Below, one piece after another: positions 1-12,690 of a DNA stretch of 64,000 bases. Source of the stretch: Narcine bancroftii (taxonomy: Eukaryota); NCBI RefSeq assembly GCF_036971445.1, contig NC_091471.1, forward strand, positions 129,332,001 to 129,396,000, in the 5' to 3' direction. The notes beneath the pieces were generated by a model, which ran no database searches, was not told where the DNA came from, and saw nothing but the letters and a program-made list of their open reading frames with translations. The translations under genes and the position numbers were made by a program. Numbering within the stretch: the first letter of the stretch is position 1; each line of letters opens with the position of its first letter.

Positions 1-1394
1 TACAAGCAGCTTTTGCTCCAAATGACACATTTATTTATTCATAAACGTCAACATTTTCCATTAAATTTCAATCGCAAGCCAAAGTTCAAGCCTCACTTCC
101 CTTGGAAAACAATGTGAGATTGAACTTACTGTTCCTTTGTTTTTCAACTATTGACCTTCTCCTCTTTCTGAAGATATACAAAGGAGATACTGTACTGTAA
201 ACTACAATAAATACAGTTTTAAAACTTCAAATGTTTATATTTTTGCCTTTAGATCTGGCATTGGCAACATGGCTGCTCTATACAAATGATTAAGATTCAG
301 TGTTGGTGGCCATAACACATGTTTCACTTTCAACCAGTCTAGATTTTGCAGGAGTTGAACTCAAACTGTAGAAGCTTCAATTTTTTTTTTATCTGCAATG
401 CTTCTTTCCCTCCAGCAGCCAGCATTAGTTCCTCTGAGTAAAAAGTTACTGCAAATTATTTGCCAAAATTATAGCCACATTAATTATGTTGAACTTAAGT
501 GCACGGAAACATGCTTTATTTATTTCAGAAAAACATTTTCATTAGTTTTTTGGCTCCATGTAATCTAAGAGTATCTGGAATTTCATAAGATAGCACAATG
601 CATTCAGAATCCATTTCTGGTGGGAATGAATCCCACTGCTGGTGGGATCCCTTTTAACTCCTACAGGAGGAAACATATGCTGCATTTTACATTGGTGAGG
701 TGAATAAGTGCAAAGAGGCAGCACTTATGACTTTACCAGAACATTACAACATTCTCTCTCTCAGAACAGTCAACCTCCTTCAATCGATAGGCTTATGTGA
801 CATTTACAGTCATTGGTGTGCATGCAGATGGTAAACTGGCCTGACCTCAGTGGAAGTTGTCCTGGAAGCCTTCTACGTGCTTTATATAAATCCAATGAGA
901 AGCCGATGGCGGTACCAGATAAAGAACGGCAGCAGTTTATGGAATGGCTGGAGACATCATCTGTTGTCCCAGAAACTACCTATCTCATAAATGACACATT
1001 CTATTCTAAAATTAAAAAAAAACATGTATTTTCTATTAAAAATTACAACTTGCAAATAAAGGAATAGACTTACAAAACGGAAATTGTTGCAATACACAAA
1101 AGTGCTGGAGAAACTCAACAAGTCACGCAGCCTTTCCTTAAATACTATAAATATGTAACCAATGTTCTTATTTCCTTTTGGCTTTTTCACAAATCAAGTC
1201 TGTCAGAATGAAAATGAACTCACAAAAAAATATAAACTAATTAGAGCAAAATCAAACAGAAATTTCACCTTTATATAATTGAAACATTTATATGTAATTT
1301 TTAACTCTTTTCTTACTTCATGCAGGAATCCTCTTTGGCCGAAATATTGACATCTTCAAAGTTTGGAGTGTTGTGTACTGTTCTCATTGCCTAT

Positions 1395-1655
1395 CTACAG
1401 GAAGGATATTGGTAAGAAGGAAAGAGTGTAGAGAAGATTTACTAGGATGTTGCTGGGTCTTCAGGGGTTGAGTTACAGGAAAAGATTAAACACATTAGGA
1501 TTTTATACCTTGGAGCATAGAAGAATGAGGGAGATTTGATAGAGGTTTACAAAATTATGAGGGATATGGACAGAGTGAATGTGTGTAGGCTCTTTCCACT
1601 TAGATAAGGAGAGATAAATGTGAGAGGATGTGGCTTTAGGTTGAAAGGGGAAAGA
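1395..1655 (+). mobile_element. CR1 LINE ORF2 C-terminal fragment (decayed)
   Basis: Translates with stops to RFTRML.GL.GLSYR.RL..LG.Y.LE.RRMR.DLIEVYKIMRG, the typical CR1 ORF2 tail. Confidence 0.85.
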
Positions 1656-2432
1656 TGGCCACTTTTCCTGACAAGTATATGGTTTTAGATTCTGTTGGGG
1701 GGGGGGGAAACAATCTATCAGGGACAAGTCAAGGTGTCCCTAATGACTACACCTGCAAGAGGTTCATCCAACTGCAGCTCCTGAGAGACCACATTAGGAA
1801 GCTAAAGCAGGAGCTGAATGAAATTTGGATCATTCAGGAGGCAGAGAAAGCTATAGAGAGGGGCTTTAGGGAGACAGTTGCCCCCAAAAGGCAGGAGACA
1901 AGTAACTGGGTGACTCTTAGGAGAGGGAAGAGGGAAGGGCAGACAATGCAGAGCATCCTTGTGGCCATTCCCCCCAACAACAAGTATACTGTTTTAGACA
2001 ATCTTGGGGATGGGTCGATCTATCAGGGACAAGTCAAGGTGGTCATGTCTCTGGCACAGAGGCTGGCCCCCCAGCTCAGAAAGGAAGGTGGGGGAGGAGA
2101 GCTATGGTAATTGAGGACTCATTGATTAGGAGAGCAGATAGGGGGTTTGGTGAATGAGATCAAGTCTCCCAGATGGTATGTTGCCTCCCAGGTGCCAGGA
2201 TCAGGGATGTACCTGAGTGAGTTCATAGCATTCTGGAGGGGGAGTGCAGGCAGCAAGTTGTTGTGGCCTGGAAGAGGGGGAGATTGGTGAGGTCCTAAAT
2301 GAATAAGTGTTGACTAGAGAAAAGGACCTTGATCACAGTGAGCTTAAAATGGAACAGACCTTTGAACTAGACAATGTAGAGATTAAGGAAATGGATGTAT
2401 TAGATCTTCTTTAAAAAAAATGATTGATAAGT
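1656..2432 (+). mobile_element. CR1 LINE ORF1 (esterase-type) fragment plus short ORF2 piece
   Basis: ORF 1655-2110 (YTCKRFIQLQLLRDHIRKLKQEL...NKYTVLD) followed by DSLIR and MVCCLPGARIRDV motifs; homologous to 32870-33480. Confidence 0.8.
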
Positions 2433-3022
2433 TGGGGACGTCACGTGATGCTGTGAGGAGCAGCATAGAACCTTACGAGTCCTGTGGGAATAGTTAAAAA
2501 AGTACTTATTTAGAAAAGTTTTTTCTACCAAAATTTATTGCATTTAACTGAAGATTGAAGATATCACCTAAGAAGAAGACACCTAAATTAAATCCTACTA
2601 AAAAGTCTGAAGAGAAGAAGATAAAAGAAACTGGGTCAACCTTAACAATGAAGCAGGCCGCTGAAATACTCTCTGGATCCACCAGTGAGGACCCGGGAGA
2701 GGGACCTTCCTTTGGCGCCTTCTTCATGTCAACCTGTAGAGATGGCGCCAAAGGAAAAAGTAAAACTGCATTGCGGTAGAGAAGAGAAAAAGGTTGGGAA
2801 AAAAATTCAAGGTCTCTTAAAGAGGCAGTCCGGTATTTCAACATCAGAACCCCAAGGAGCTCTGCGCAGAACAGCGGATTGTCATTACAAATACCCTTTT
2901 TCAGCAGAGAGACAGCCTGAAGACTACCTGGATGCATCCCCGATCCAAACACTGGCACCTCCTGGACTACGTCCTGGTGCGAGAAAGAGACAAACGAGAT
3001 GTGCTCCACACTAGGGTCATGC

Positions 3023-4485
3023 AAATCACAGTGCGGCATTCGTGCAAACAGAGGAACTACTGACATGGCCTTTGCCCTCAGACAGCTCCAAGAAAAGTGC
3101 AGAGACCAAAACAAAGGACTCTACATCACCTTTGTTGACCTCACCAAAGCCTTCAACAACATGAGTAGGAAAGGGCTTTGGCAAATACTAGAGAACCTCG
3201 GATGCCCCCCAAATTTCCTCAACATGGTTATGCAACTGCACGAAAACCAACAAGGTCGGGTCAGATACAGCAATGAGCTTTCTGAACCCTTCTCCATAAA
3301 CAATAGCATGAAGCAAGGCTGCGTTCTCACACCAACCCTCTTTTCAATCTTCTTCAGCATGATGCTGAAACAAGCCATGAAAGACCTCAACAATGTAGAC
3401 GCTGTTTACATCCGGTACTGCACGGATGGCAGTCTCTTCAATCTGAGGCGCCTGCAAGCTCAAACCAAGACACAAGAGCAACTTGTCCGTGAACTACTCT
3501 TTGCAGACGATGCCGCTTTAGTTGCCCATTCAGAGCCAGCTCTTCAGCGCTTGACGTCCTGTTTTGCGGAAACTGCCAAAATGTTTGGCCTGGAAGTCAG
3601 CCTGAAGAAAACTGAGGTCCTCCATCAGCCAGCTCCCCACCATGACTACCAGCCACCCCCCCCCCCCCCCCACATCTCCATCGGGCACACAAAACTCAAA
3701 ACGGTCAACCAGCTTACCTATCTCAGCTGCATCATTTCATCGGATGCAAGGATCGACAACGAAATAGACAACAGACTTGCCAAGGCAAATAGCGCCTTTG
3801 GAAGACTACACAAAAGAGTCTGGAAAAACAACCAACTGAAAAACCTCACAAAGATTAGCGTATACAGAGCCGTTGTCATACCCAAACTCCTGTTCGGCTC
3901 CGAATCATGGGTCCTTTACCGGCATCATCTACGGCTCCTAGAACGCTTCCAGCAGCGTTGTTTCCACTCCATCCTCAACATTCATTTCCAACATCGAAGT
4001 ACTCGAGATGACAGAGGCCGACAGCATCGAATCCACGCTGCTGAAGATCCAACTGCGCTGGATAGCACGTCTCCAGAATGGAGGACCATCGCCTTCCCAA
4101 GATCGTGTTATATGGTGAGCTCTCCACCGGCCACCGAGACAGAGGTGCACCAAAGAAGAGGTACAAGGACTGCCGAAAGAAAGCTCTTGGTGCCTGCCAC
4201 ATTGACCACCGCCAGTGGGCTGATCTCGCCTCAAACCGTGCATCTTGGCGCCTCACAATTCGGTGGGCAGCAACTTCCTTTGAAGAAGACCGCAGAGCCC
4301 ACCTCACTGTCAAAAGACAAAGGAGGAAAAACCCAACACCCAACCCCAACCAACCAATTTTCCCTTGCAACCACTGCAACCGTGTCTGCATGTCCCGCAT
4401 CGGACTTGTCAGCCACAAACGAGCCTGCAGCTGACGTGGACTTTACCTCTCCATAAATCTTCATCCACGAAGCCAAGCCAAAGTA
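3023..4485 (+). mobile_element. RTE-clade LINE copy 1, 5'-truncated, inserted in L1 ORF1
   Basis: RT motifs FVDLTKAF, KQGCVL.PTLF, LLFADD; C-terminal C2H2-like CNHCNRVCMSRIGLVSH; 3' end GCCAAGCCAAAG shared with three other copies. Confidence 0.95.
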
Positions 4486-5141
4486 AGAACAAAGAAACAC
4501 AAAGGGGATACAACTCCAGTGGAAGAGGCTTCAGAAGAATATGAGAGCGAAGAAAAAATGTCAAGTTTAGAAGAGGAGCAGACTAGAGGCAAGAAAAAGA
4601 CTTTTAAGAAGGAAATAAATAAGTCTGAGTCAAAAATAGATGAACTTCAAATAAAAAATTAATTTTTATTTGGAAAATAATTCTAAATTGAAGAATTGAA
4701 GCAAGTTAAAACAGATTTGACAGTTCAAATGGATAATGCATTAAAAGTGATGAATAATGTTTCACAAAGAGTGGATAAGTTAGAAAGTAAGGTCCAAGAT
4801 GTTCGAGAGCAAATGCAGTATATTGAATAAAGATCTAATATGTCTGAAGATACGGTGACTAGTTTGATCTCGATGAATGAAAATCTGTTGGAGAAAGTTG
4901 ATATTCTGGAAAATTATAGTAGAAGAAATAATGTTAAAATAGTGGGATTGTCCAAAGGTAAAGAAGGAGAAGATGTGATTTGTTTTTATTTCAAGAATGA
5001 TTACTGAAGTTAATTTGGACAGGAACATTTTAAGACAAGATTCTAATTGAACGAACTCATAGAGCTTTGAGACCAAAGCCAGGTCCAAGCCAGAGACCCC
5101 AATCTATCCTGGTTAGATTTTTGAACTACCAGGATAGAGAC

Positions 5142-5379
5142 TGTTTGTTGATACATCAAATAACCAAGAAACAAAGTGTCAACCTCTGACGAATGCTTTA
5201 CTGTTATATTGAACTATACAATGTATAACAGGAGCCCTTGGAAATGTCATCCACCACCAGCCAAGTTCAGTCTCCTTTCAACTACTGTACTTCGTGGGGA
5301 CTCGCGCATGCGCAATAGTGTCTTAGTGAGTACAGTGGCTGCAGCGGGTACAGACACTCAATAGAAGTCTCTGTCTACA
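5142..5379 (-). mobile_element. Solo LTR (Gypsy-type) in L1 ORF1
   Basis: TGT...ACA ends; flanks GAGAC/GAGAG (5-bp TSD, 1 mismatch); removal restores the L1 frame NYQDREKLL; similar to LTR at 39264-39503. Confidence 0.8.
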
Positions 5380-6702
5380 GAGAGAAGCTTCTAGGTTTAG
5401 TGATGAGAAGGGCTTAGGAATATGGACCTTTGAAATATGAAGGGGATAAGATCTTTTTTTATCCAGATTTTAGCCAAACTTTATTAAAGAAAAGGACAGA
5501 ATTTAATCCAGTTAAGAAAATTTTGTATGATAAAGATTATAGATTTGTGTTGTGTTATCCTGCTACTTTGAAAATATTTGTACCACTCCAACAGAATATG
5601 AGTTTTTACAAATTTTGTTCAAGTTGAAGGATATGCTCAGAGATTGTCAAAAGTTCAAGTAACAGAAGGCAATGAATTTAATATAGGGGGTAGGTGATTT
5701 TATCCTCTTTATTTTTCTCTTTCTGATGGATGAAAAATTATTATGTTAGATGGAATTGTTGATTAATTCAAGGTTTTATCTCCCACGGGGATCAGGGGAA
5801 GTTCAGTTGATTTGTGGTGGCTGCATGTGTTTTTGTGGCTTGGCTGTGACTCGTAAAATGAAGGGAGGTAGTGTTGATTCTTCCAGTACTTGTTGGGCAG
5901 AAATTTTTGTTTTTTTTAATCTTTTTTCCTTTTTTTTTTAGTAATCAAATATATTTTATTCAATCTGAATTATGTTAATGTTTTTAGATTGCAGATGATG
6001 GCACTTAGGACCAAATTATTTTATGCAAATTTTTCCTGGAGGGGAATGATGAAAAGGGCTTTTATAAATAGGGAAAATGAATAAAGCAATTAAGATTATG
6101 AATTTTAAAATTAATGGGATTAATAGGAAAATAAAAAGAAAGAAAACTTTGTTTTATTTTAAGAAATTGGGAGTAGATATTGTTTTTTTTTACAAGAGAC
6201 TCATCTAACTGAAAAAGAACACCTAAAACTGAAAAGAGATTAGGTGGATGAAGTAATTTTTTTCTTCTTTCAATTCTAAAGCCAGGGGAGTGGCTTTATA
6301 ATGGTAAATTGTCAAATATTTTCAGAGGAATGGACTTTATTAAATATATATGCACCAAACTTATATGATGAAAAATTATGCAAGATACTCTTTTTGAATC
6401 TGGCAGATGTTTATGAAAATATTTTAGTAGGAGGTGATTTTAATTTTTGTTTGAATCCTTTATTAGATTAATCATGAAGAACAATAGTTAAATCTAAGGC
6501 AGCCAATGCCATGTTATATTTAATGAAGAATTTAAATGTAATCAATATATGGAGAAGGAACATCTGAAAAATAGAGATTATTCTTTTTATTCTAATACAT
6601 TTGATACATTTTCTAGAATTGATTTATTTTTACTTTTGGCTCAAAATTAATCAAGAGTTTTGAATATTGATTATAAAGGAAGAATAATATCTAATCATTC
6701 TT

Positions 6703-7010
6703 CATAACATAACATAACATAACATAACAATTACATCACGGAAACAGGCCATTAGGTCCTTCTAGTCTGCACCGAACCAAACACCCCTTTCTAGTCCCAC
6801 CTCCCTGCACAATGCCCATAACCCTCCATCTTCTTCTCATCCATATACCTGTCCAACCTTTTCTTAAATAATACAATTGACTCCGCCGCCACTATTTCTC
6901 CTGGAAGATCATTCCACACGGCTACCACTCTCTGAGTAAAGAAGTTCCCCCTCATGTTACCTCTAAACCACTGCCCCTTAATTCTTAACTCATGTCCTCT
7001 TGTTTTAATC
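6703..7010 (-). mobile_element. CR1 3' end with (TTATG)n tail inserted in L1 ORF2
   Basis: Minus strand encodes KTRGHELRIKGQWFRGNMRGNFFTQRVVAVWNDLP; (CATAA)n run at about 6703-6729. Confidence 0.9.
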
Positions 7011-9088
7011 TTTGATGGAATTGGAATTTACTGAAAAACAGCAGTCAATATATAGATATACATTAAATTATTTGTTATTAAAAGGAAAGATTTTTGTGCT
7101 TTTATAAGACAACATATCAAATTATTTTGTGATACAAATTTACATTCAATAGAGGATGTTTATTATTTAGGATGCATTAAAAGCTAATTTGCAAGGACAA
7201 ATTATAAGTTTTACTTCAAAAATTAAAAGGATGAAAGATATAGATAAATTAGAAAAAGGAATAACTGTATTGGAAAAATATATTCAAAAATCACTGTCAG
7301 AGGATATCCATAGCCATTTAATTAATAAGAAGTTACAATTATAATGAAATGTTGACTTAAATAGCAGATAAAATTATTTGAAGATCTAAACAGAAATATG
7401 AATTTAGAGAAGGATGTCATAACGTTTTAGCTTGGCAATTAAAAATAGAACAGATTTTGAGATTGATTAATGCAATACAATGAAATGATAATTAAGTGTC
7501 ATTTAAACCACAAGAAATAAATGAATCTTTTCGGGAATTTTATGAAAAATTATATACATCAGAAACATTACAGGATTAAACTATTATAGATAATTATTTG
7601 TCACAAATAACATTACTTAGATTAACTGAGATAGATAAAAATGATTTGGATACACCTTTTACTGAGCAAAATGTTTATGAAGCACCTAATTGTTTGCAAA
7701 ATAGTAAGTCGCCTGGAAAGGATGGATTCCCAGTTGAATTTTATAAAGAATTTAAAGATGTAATAATTCCTTTATTTTTGCTGGTAATAGAACAAGCTTT
7801 TAGATTGCATGTTCTTCCAGAAACTTTTTCCACAGTGACAATTATGGTTATTCCTAAAAACGATAGAGACCCACTAAAATCAGTTTCAGATATACCTACT
7901 TCATTGTTAAATGTTGATTATAAAATTATGGCAAAGGTATTAGCAAATAGAATTAATGATTGTCTTCTTGAATTAATAAATATGCATCAAATGAGTTTTG
8001 TTAAAAATAGACAAAATTCTGAAAATATAGTAAGGTTATTAAGTATAATTCACTTAGCACAAAAGAAAAAGAATTTAAATGTTGCATTTACATTGGACAC
8101 AGAAAAAGCTTTTGATAGATTAGAATGGGATTTTTATTTTATTTAATGTTTTTGGTAAGTTAAGTTTTGGACTTAATTTTGTAAATTGGATTAGAGCTCT
8201 TTATAAAAACCCTAAAGCTGAAGTAATATATGATGGACAGATAACACAATCATTTAATTTGACTAGATCAATTAAGCAGAGGTGTCCCTTATCTCCAGCT
8301 TTGTTGGCTTTGGCTATAGAACCTCTTGCACAAATGATTAATATGGACCAGCAATTGAAAGGTTTTGTGATAAATCAAACACCTGCAACCCATTGTAGAA
8401 ACTGAATAATAGAAATCCAAAAAGGTTTAACTTTTGAGCAAGCCATGTAGAATGAATAAAAGTTCCAATATCTTCTCCATATCTAAAACATTGATATTTA
8501 AGTCAACTACAATTATCACTATCACTACCTAGACTTTATAAACAATTGATTGATTATGTAAGAGTTCAGGTTATAAATAAATTTGGATATGAGTGAAGTA
8601 ATGGAAATAGTACAGGGTGATTATTCACAATGTCAAAAAGATATTCAATTTAAGTGGACTGATTCTGGGATAAAAATTTAGAAATATGTATAGACAAAAA
8701 TTTGAAAAAATTAAATTAATTAAATTATATTCTATTATTTAAGAAAATAAATGAAGACTTGAAAAAAAAATGGACAAATTTACCTTTAAGTTTAATTGGA
8801 ATGGTTAATTGTATTAAAATGAATATTTATCCAATAATTCAATTTTTTTTCAGACTTTACCAATCTCTGTACATCAAAATTATTTTACAGGATTTAAATA
8901 AACAAATTAGGAAATTTATTTAGAAAGTTAAGAAAAATTTACATGGAAATATGAATTAGGTGTATTACAACTTCCTAATTTTAAGAATTTTAAGAATTAG
9001 TATAAAGCAGCACAATTAAGGTTTCTTGTTTCTCTATTTGGGAATATTGAACTATCATGGGTGGAAATTGAGTTAAATAAGATTGGCA

Positions 9089-11620
9089 GCTCAATTCCAT
9101 TCAGAAAGTCATCTATTTTTGTTTGATTCTGTGGTGATTGTGATTTATATAGTCATGTTTAGAATTGTTTAAAAGTATTGTTAATTATTTTGGGATTGAG
9201 AGATATCGTATATGATTTCAGTTGAACTTTATTGATCATCCTCGAGGTTTCCTCTGTCCTTAGCTTCCAAGACAAAACTTTATGTGTTCTTTCTCCAAAT
9301 TCATAATATTTTTGCTTTAATCTCATTATCTTTTTCCATTTTGTATGTTTGTATTGCATTGTATTTATGTTTTTTTATTTATTAAAGTTTTCTATTTGTC
9401 CTTAGAGCCAGATTTGTTGATATTCTTTCTCTATTGCTGTAATTTCTTTTTTCCAGATTGTTAATTTCTGCCATGTTTTTCCTTAATGTTTTAGTGTATG
9501 ATATTATCTTCCCCTCAAGTAGTCCTTTAGTATATCCCAATATCAGGAAAGAGTTGTTAGTATATGGGCAGTTAATTTTGCAAAATACATTAATCTGTCC
9601 TCTCTTTTCAACAGCATAGAATTTAGTCGCCTCCATTATATTGATGCCTGTTTTTCTGGCAATCATTATCATCAATACCAAAGGTGCATGATCCAATAAT
9701 AATATGGCTAAATATGCTGATTCAACTATCCTGCATTCCAACCATGCCAACATTAAGGAATAGTTAATTCTGGTGAAAGAATCATGGGGTTTTGAATAAA
9801 AGGAGTAGTCTCTAGCTTGGGGCTATTACCGTCTTCAGGCATCTATTAGGTTTAGATCTCTAATATATGCTAGTGTGGCTTTTGGCACCTTAGATTTGTC
9901 ACTGTCTGTATGGATTTATCCAATATAGGATCTAAACAAAAATTGAAATAACCTCCAATTAAAACATTACATTTTGCCCTCCAGCAGTTTTAAGAAAGAC
10001 CCTTTTTATAAATAGGTCTTCATCTGTGTTTAGTACATAAAGGTTCACAAGTGACTAAGCTTCTGAGTAGATCTGACCCATTCAGGTCTGCTACTACAAT
10101 CTTCACTGCCACTGGAATATTTTATTTATTAAAATGGCTACCCCCTTTGCCTTGGAATTATACAAAGATGATATTACTTCTCCAACCCAATCTCTTTTTA
10201 GTTTGTTATGTTCATACTTTGTGAGATGTGTTTCCTGAATGAATGTTATATCTGTCCATAACTTTTTGAGTTGTGCCAAAGTTTTCTTTCTTTTCATAGT
10301 CCATTCAATCCATTTATATTAATACTCACAAATTCTAATGTGTTATTAATATCTGTGTTTATGCTTATCTGTCTCTGAAAGCCCACATATGTCTTCTACA
10401 GCTATGTGCAAGCCTTACTTACTTTCCTTCACACTGGTGGTCCCGCTGAAACAAAAACACAAATCCCCTCTTTATAAAAACTAAATTTTCTCCCTTTTGT
10501 TTTGGTGGCAATAGCTAATCCCTTGGTGGCATTTTTCCCCTTCAAGCCGGGTCCACCTGCTGCTCTCATTAAGCTTTTACCCTTCTATTTGGTTCTCTTT
10601 TCCACTGCTCATTGTATATATTTACAAAATTTGCATTCCCCTTGTCTCCTCCTATTATTATTACATCCTTTAAATTATATGGCTATATTGCTTTTTTATC
10701 CATCTTTGCATTATACAAAAACTGTCAAGAAATGAATATCTCATAATTTTCCTTATCCCTTATGCCCTTTGTCCCTTAGTCTATTTTCCTTGCTCTTCCA
10801 TCTCCCTTTTAGGTCTTCCTTTCATTTTCTGTGCCAGCTCTATTGCCTCCTGGGGATCTTTTAAATATTTTCTTTCACCCTCTTGCATGTCAATTTGTAA
10901 TGTTGTTGGGTACAATAGGGCACATCCAATTTTTTTGTACATAGAGATCTTTTAATGGCGTATAATTCTTTCCCCTTCTTTACCAATACCACACTCACAT
11001 CAGGGAAAAAGCTGATCCTTCCCCCTTTGTCTATCAATGGCCCATCATGTTCCCAAGCCACCCGGATTTTTATATCCCTGTCTTGATATTCATGCAGTCT
11101 TATCAATACCGGGCATGGGCATTTGTTCAGCCCTGGTTGGGGACTGGAGGTTTGGTGGGCCCTCTCAATTACAATGGGCTTGTCATACCCGTTTATTCCC
11201 AGGATCTTTGGGATCCATTTCCTGAACAAGACCACCGATTCTTGTCCCTCTGCCACTTCCCTTATCCCCACAATCCTTACATTCAGCTGCCTGTTATAAT
11301 ATTATAGCGAATCCAGTTTCTCCAGGAGTCTCTCTTTTTCAAATTTCCAGACATTTGTATTGTTTTCAATTTTCACAAGCCAGCCTGCCCGTCACTCCTC
11401 CATTTTGTCTTCGGCGGCTGCCATGCAGTTGATTAGAATGGCGAGTGCCATCTTCTCTTTGCTCACTCCTTTCATTATCTTTTGGACCTTCTTGTCTAGG
11501 GTCTCTATTTTATTAGCCAGCGATTGTATGATACCCATCACATAGCCAGTTGTCGGTGCTGGTCTGCCACTTGCTGGCCCAGGGCCCTCCTCCATCATGT
11601 CAGGCTCTTCCCGCAGTTGT
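9089..11620 (-). mobile_element. Second L1-clade LINE (ORF1 + endonuclease), 3'-truncated
   Basis: ORF1 10861-11271 (IERAHQT, ISFFPDVS); EN 10103-10297 (FIQETHLT...RDWVGEV...KAKGVAILINK); LDHAPL motif. Confidence 0.88.
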
Positions 11621-12454
11621 ATACCATTGTTGAGAGAGATTGTTTTGTTTGTTTGGATTTGTGTGAGTTTTTGAAATTCTAAATAAAATATAAAATGTTT
11701 TTTATTGTGTTTTTCACTTGAAGCATTCATTTATTTTGATAATACTCAAATTAATCCATTATAGTGGCAAATATTACTTTGTTACTGGATCATGACAAGC
11801 CCTGAAATCCTTGAAATTTTAGAAAAGGTCAGTTTTCATGCCAAGCTGCTTATAAAGAGTAAATATGCACAATTTTCTATCCAGGATAATAATTTTGCAA
11901 ATATTTGATGACATATCAAGTCAGAAGGAAATTCATTATGCCTGGTATTTTTAAATGTGTGAAAACATAGCATTAAAGTTCACGGGAATAAAACCAGCTG
12001 TATTACAGAGAATTATAAATGTGATACAAGTGGAGTTAAAAGAAAGGTAGTTCACTAACTGGCTTGTTCCATTTGCTGTTTTATTTTTAACCTGAGATAT
12101 ATTAATCGCGATCATTTGAAGTACATGGCGTGATGATGCAGAGCGAGCATCAAGGAGAAGCCAAATATAAAAGCCCAGCAGTCATGATGAACAACCACCA
12201 AAATGTTAGCCTAATCCAATTGTGCTTATCAAGCTTTTTCAGAAATAATGTGTCAAATTGAACTCCTTCCCCATTCGTCATTTGCATTGGTAAATTTAGT
12301 AAACTCAGCCTTCCAAATCACCTTCGGTCTGTGAGATATCTGACTATGTAGATTTACCAGATTGACCCTTGGACTTCTGCAGACAGATGACACAAACTTG
12401 GGTTATACCCCTGCAATTCAGATGGTTCTTTGAGAAGTCCACGATCAAGGAGGA

Positions 12455-12690
12455 CACACTGAAAACGAAAGGCAGCCCTCTTATACAGAAAGCAAGAGTT
12501 GAATGGAACTTCCACAGCCAGCATTTGAGACTGGTGTTCATATTTAATTTTAAATTATGGGTTTATGGATTTTTATTAACTAAAGATATTAAAGTCTAGG
12601 GGTCAAATACAGATGCATGGTGTGATAACACATATCAGCCATGAATGGCAGAAAAGGCTTAAAGGTCTAAATAACCTGCTTCTTTGTGCT
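12455..12690 (+). mobile_element. Highly decayed CR1 3' end
   Basis: ATCAGCCATGAATGGCAGAAAAGGCTTAAAGG resembles the CR1 3' UTR seen at about 41975-42035. Confidence 0.5.

Larger units (their letters stand above)
2434..9088 (+). mobile_element. L1-clade LINE, 5' end present, 3'-truncated, with nested insertions
   Basis: 5' GGGGACGTCACGTGATG; ORF1 remnants (ENYSRRNNVKIVGL, IFFYPDFS, YPATLKI); APE endonuclease from about 6097 (LQETHLTEKEH, NIYAPN, GGDFN); RT (KSPGKDGFPVEFYK, SLLNVDYKI, LDTEKAFDRLEW). Confidence 0.9.

Noticed and set aside
542-1067. Protein-like ORF 813-1067 and nearby AG/GT signals as host exons
   Set aside because: No recognisable family and no consistent acceptor/donor pair; cannot be supported without a search
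2999-4456. 485-aa ORF as a novel gene
   Set aside because: Chimera of L1 flank, RTE RT and an out-of-frame RTE tail after a small deletion
12129-12345. C/D box snoRNA (RTGATGA twice, CTGA)
   Set aside because: Box spacing too long and no terminal stem
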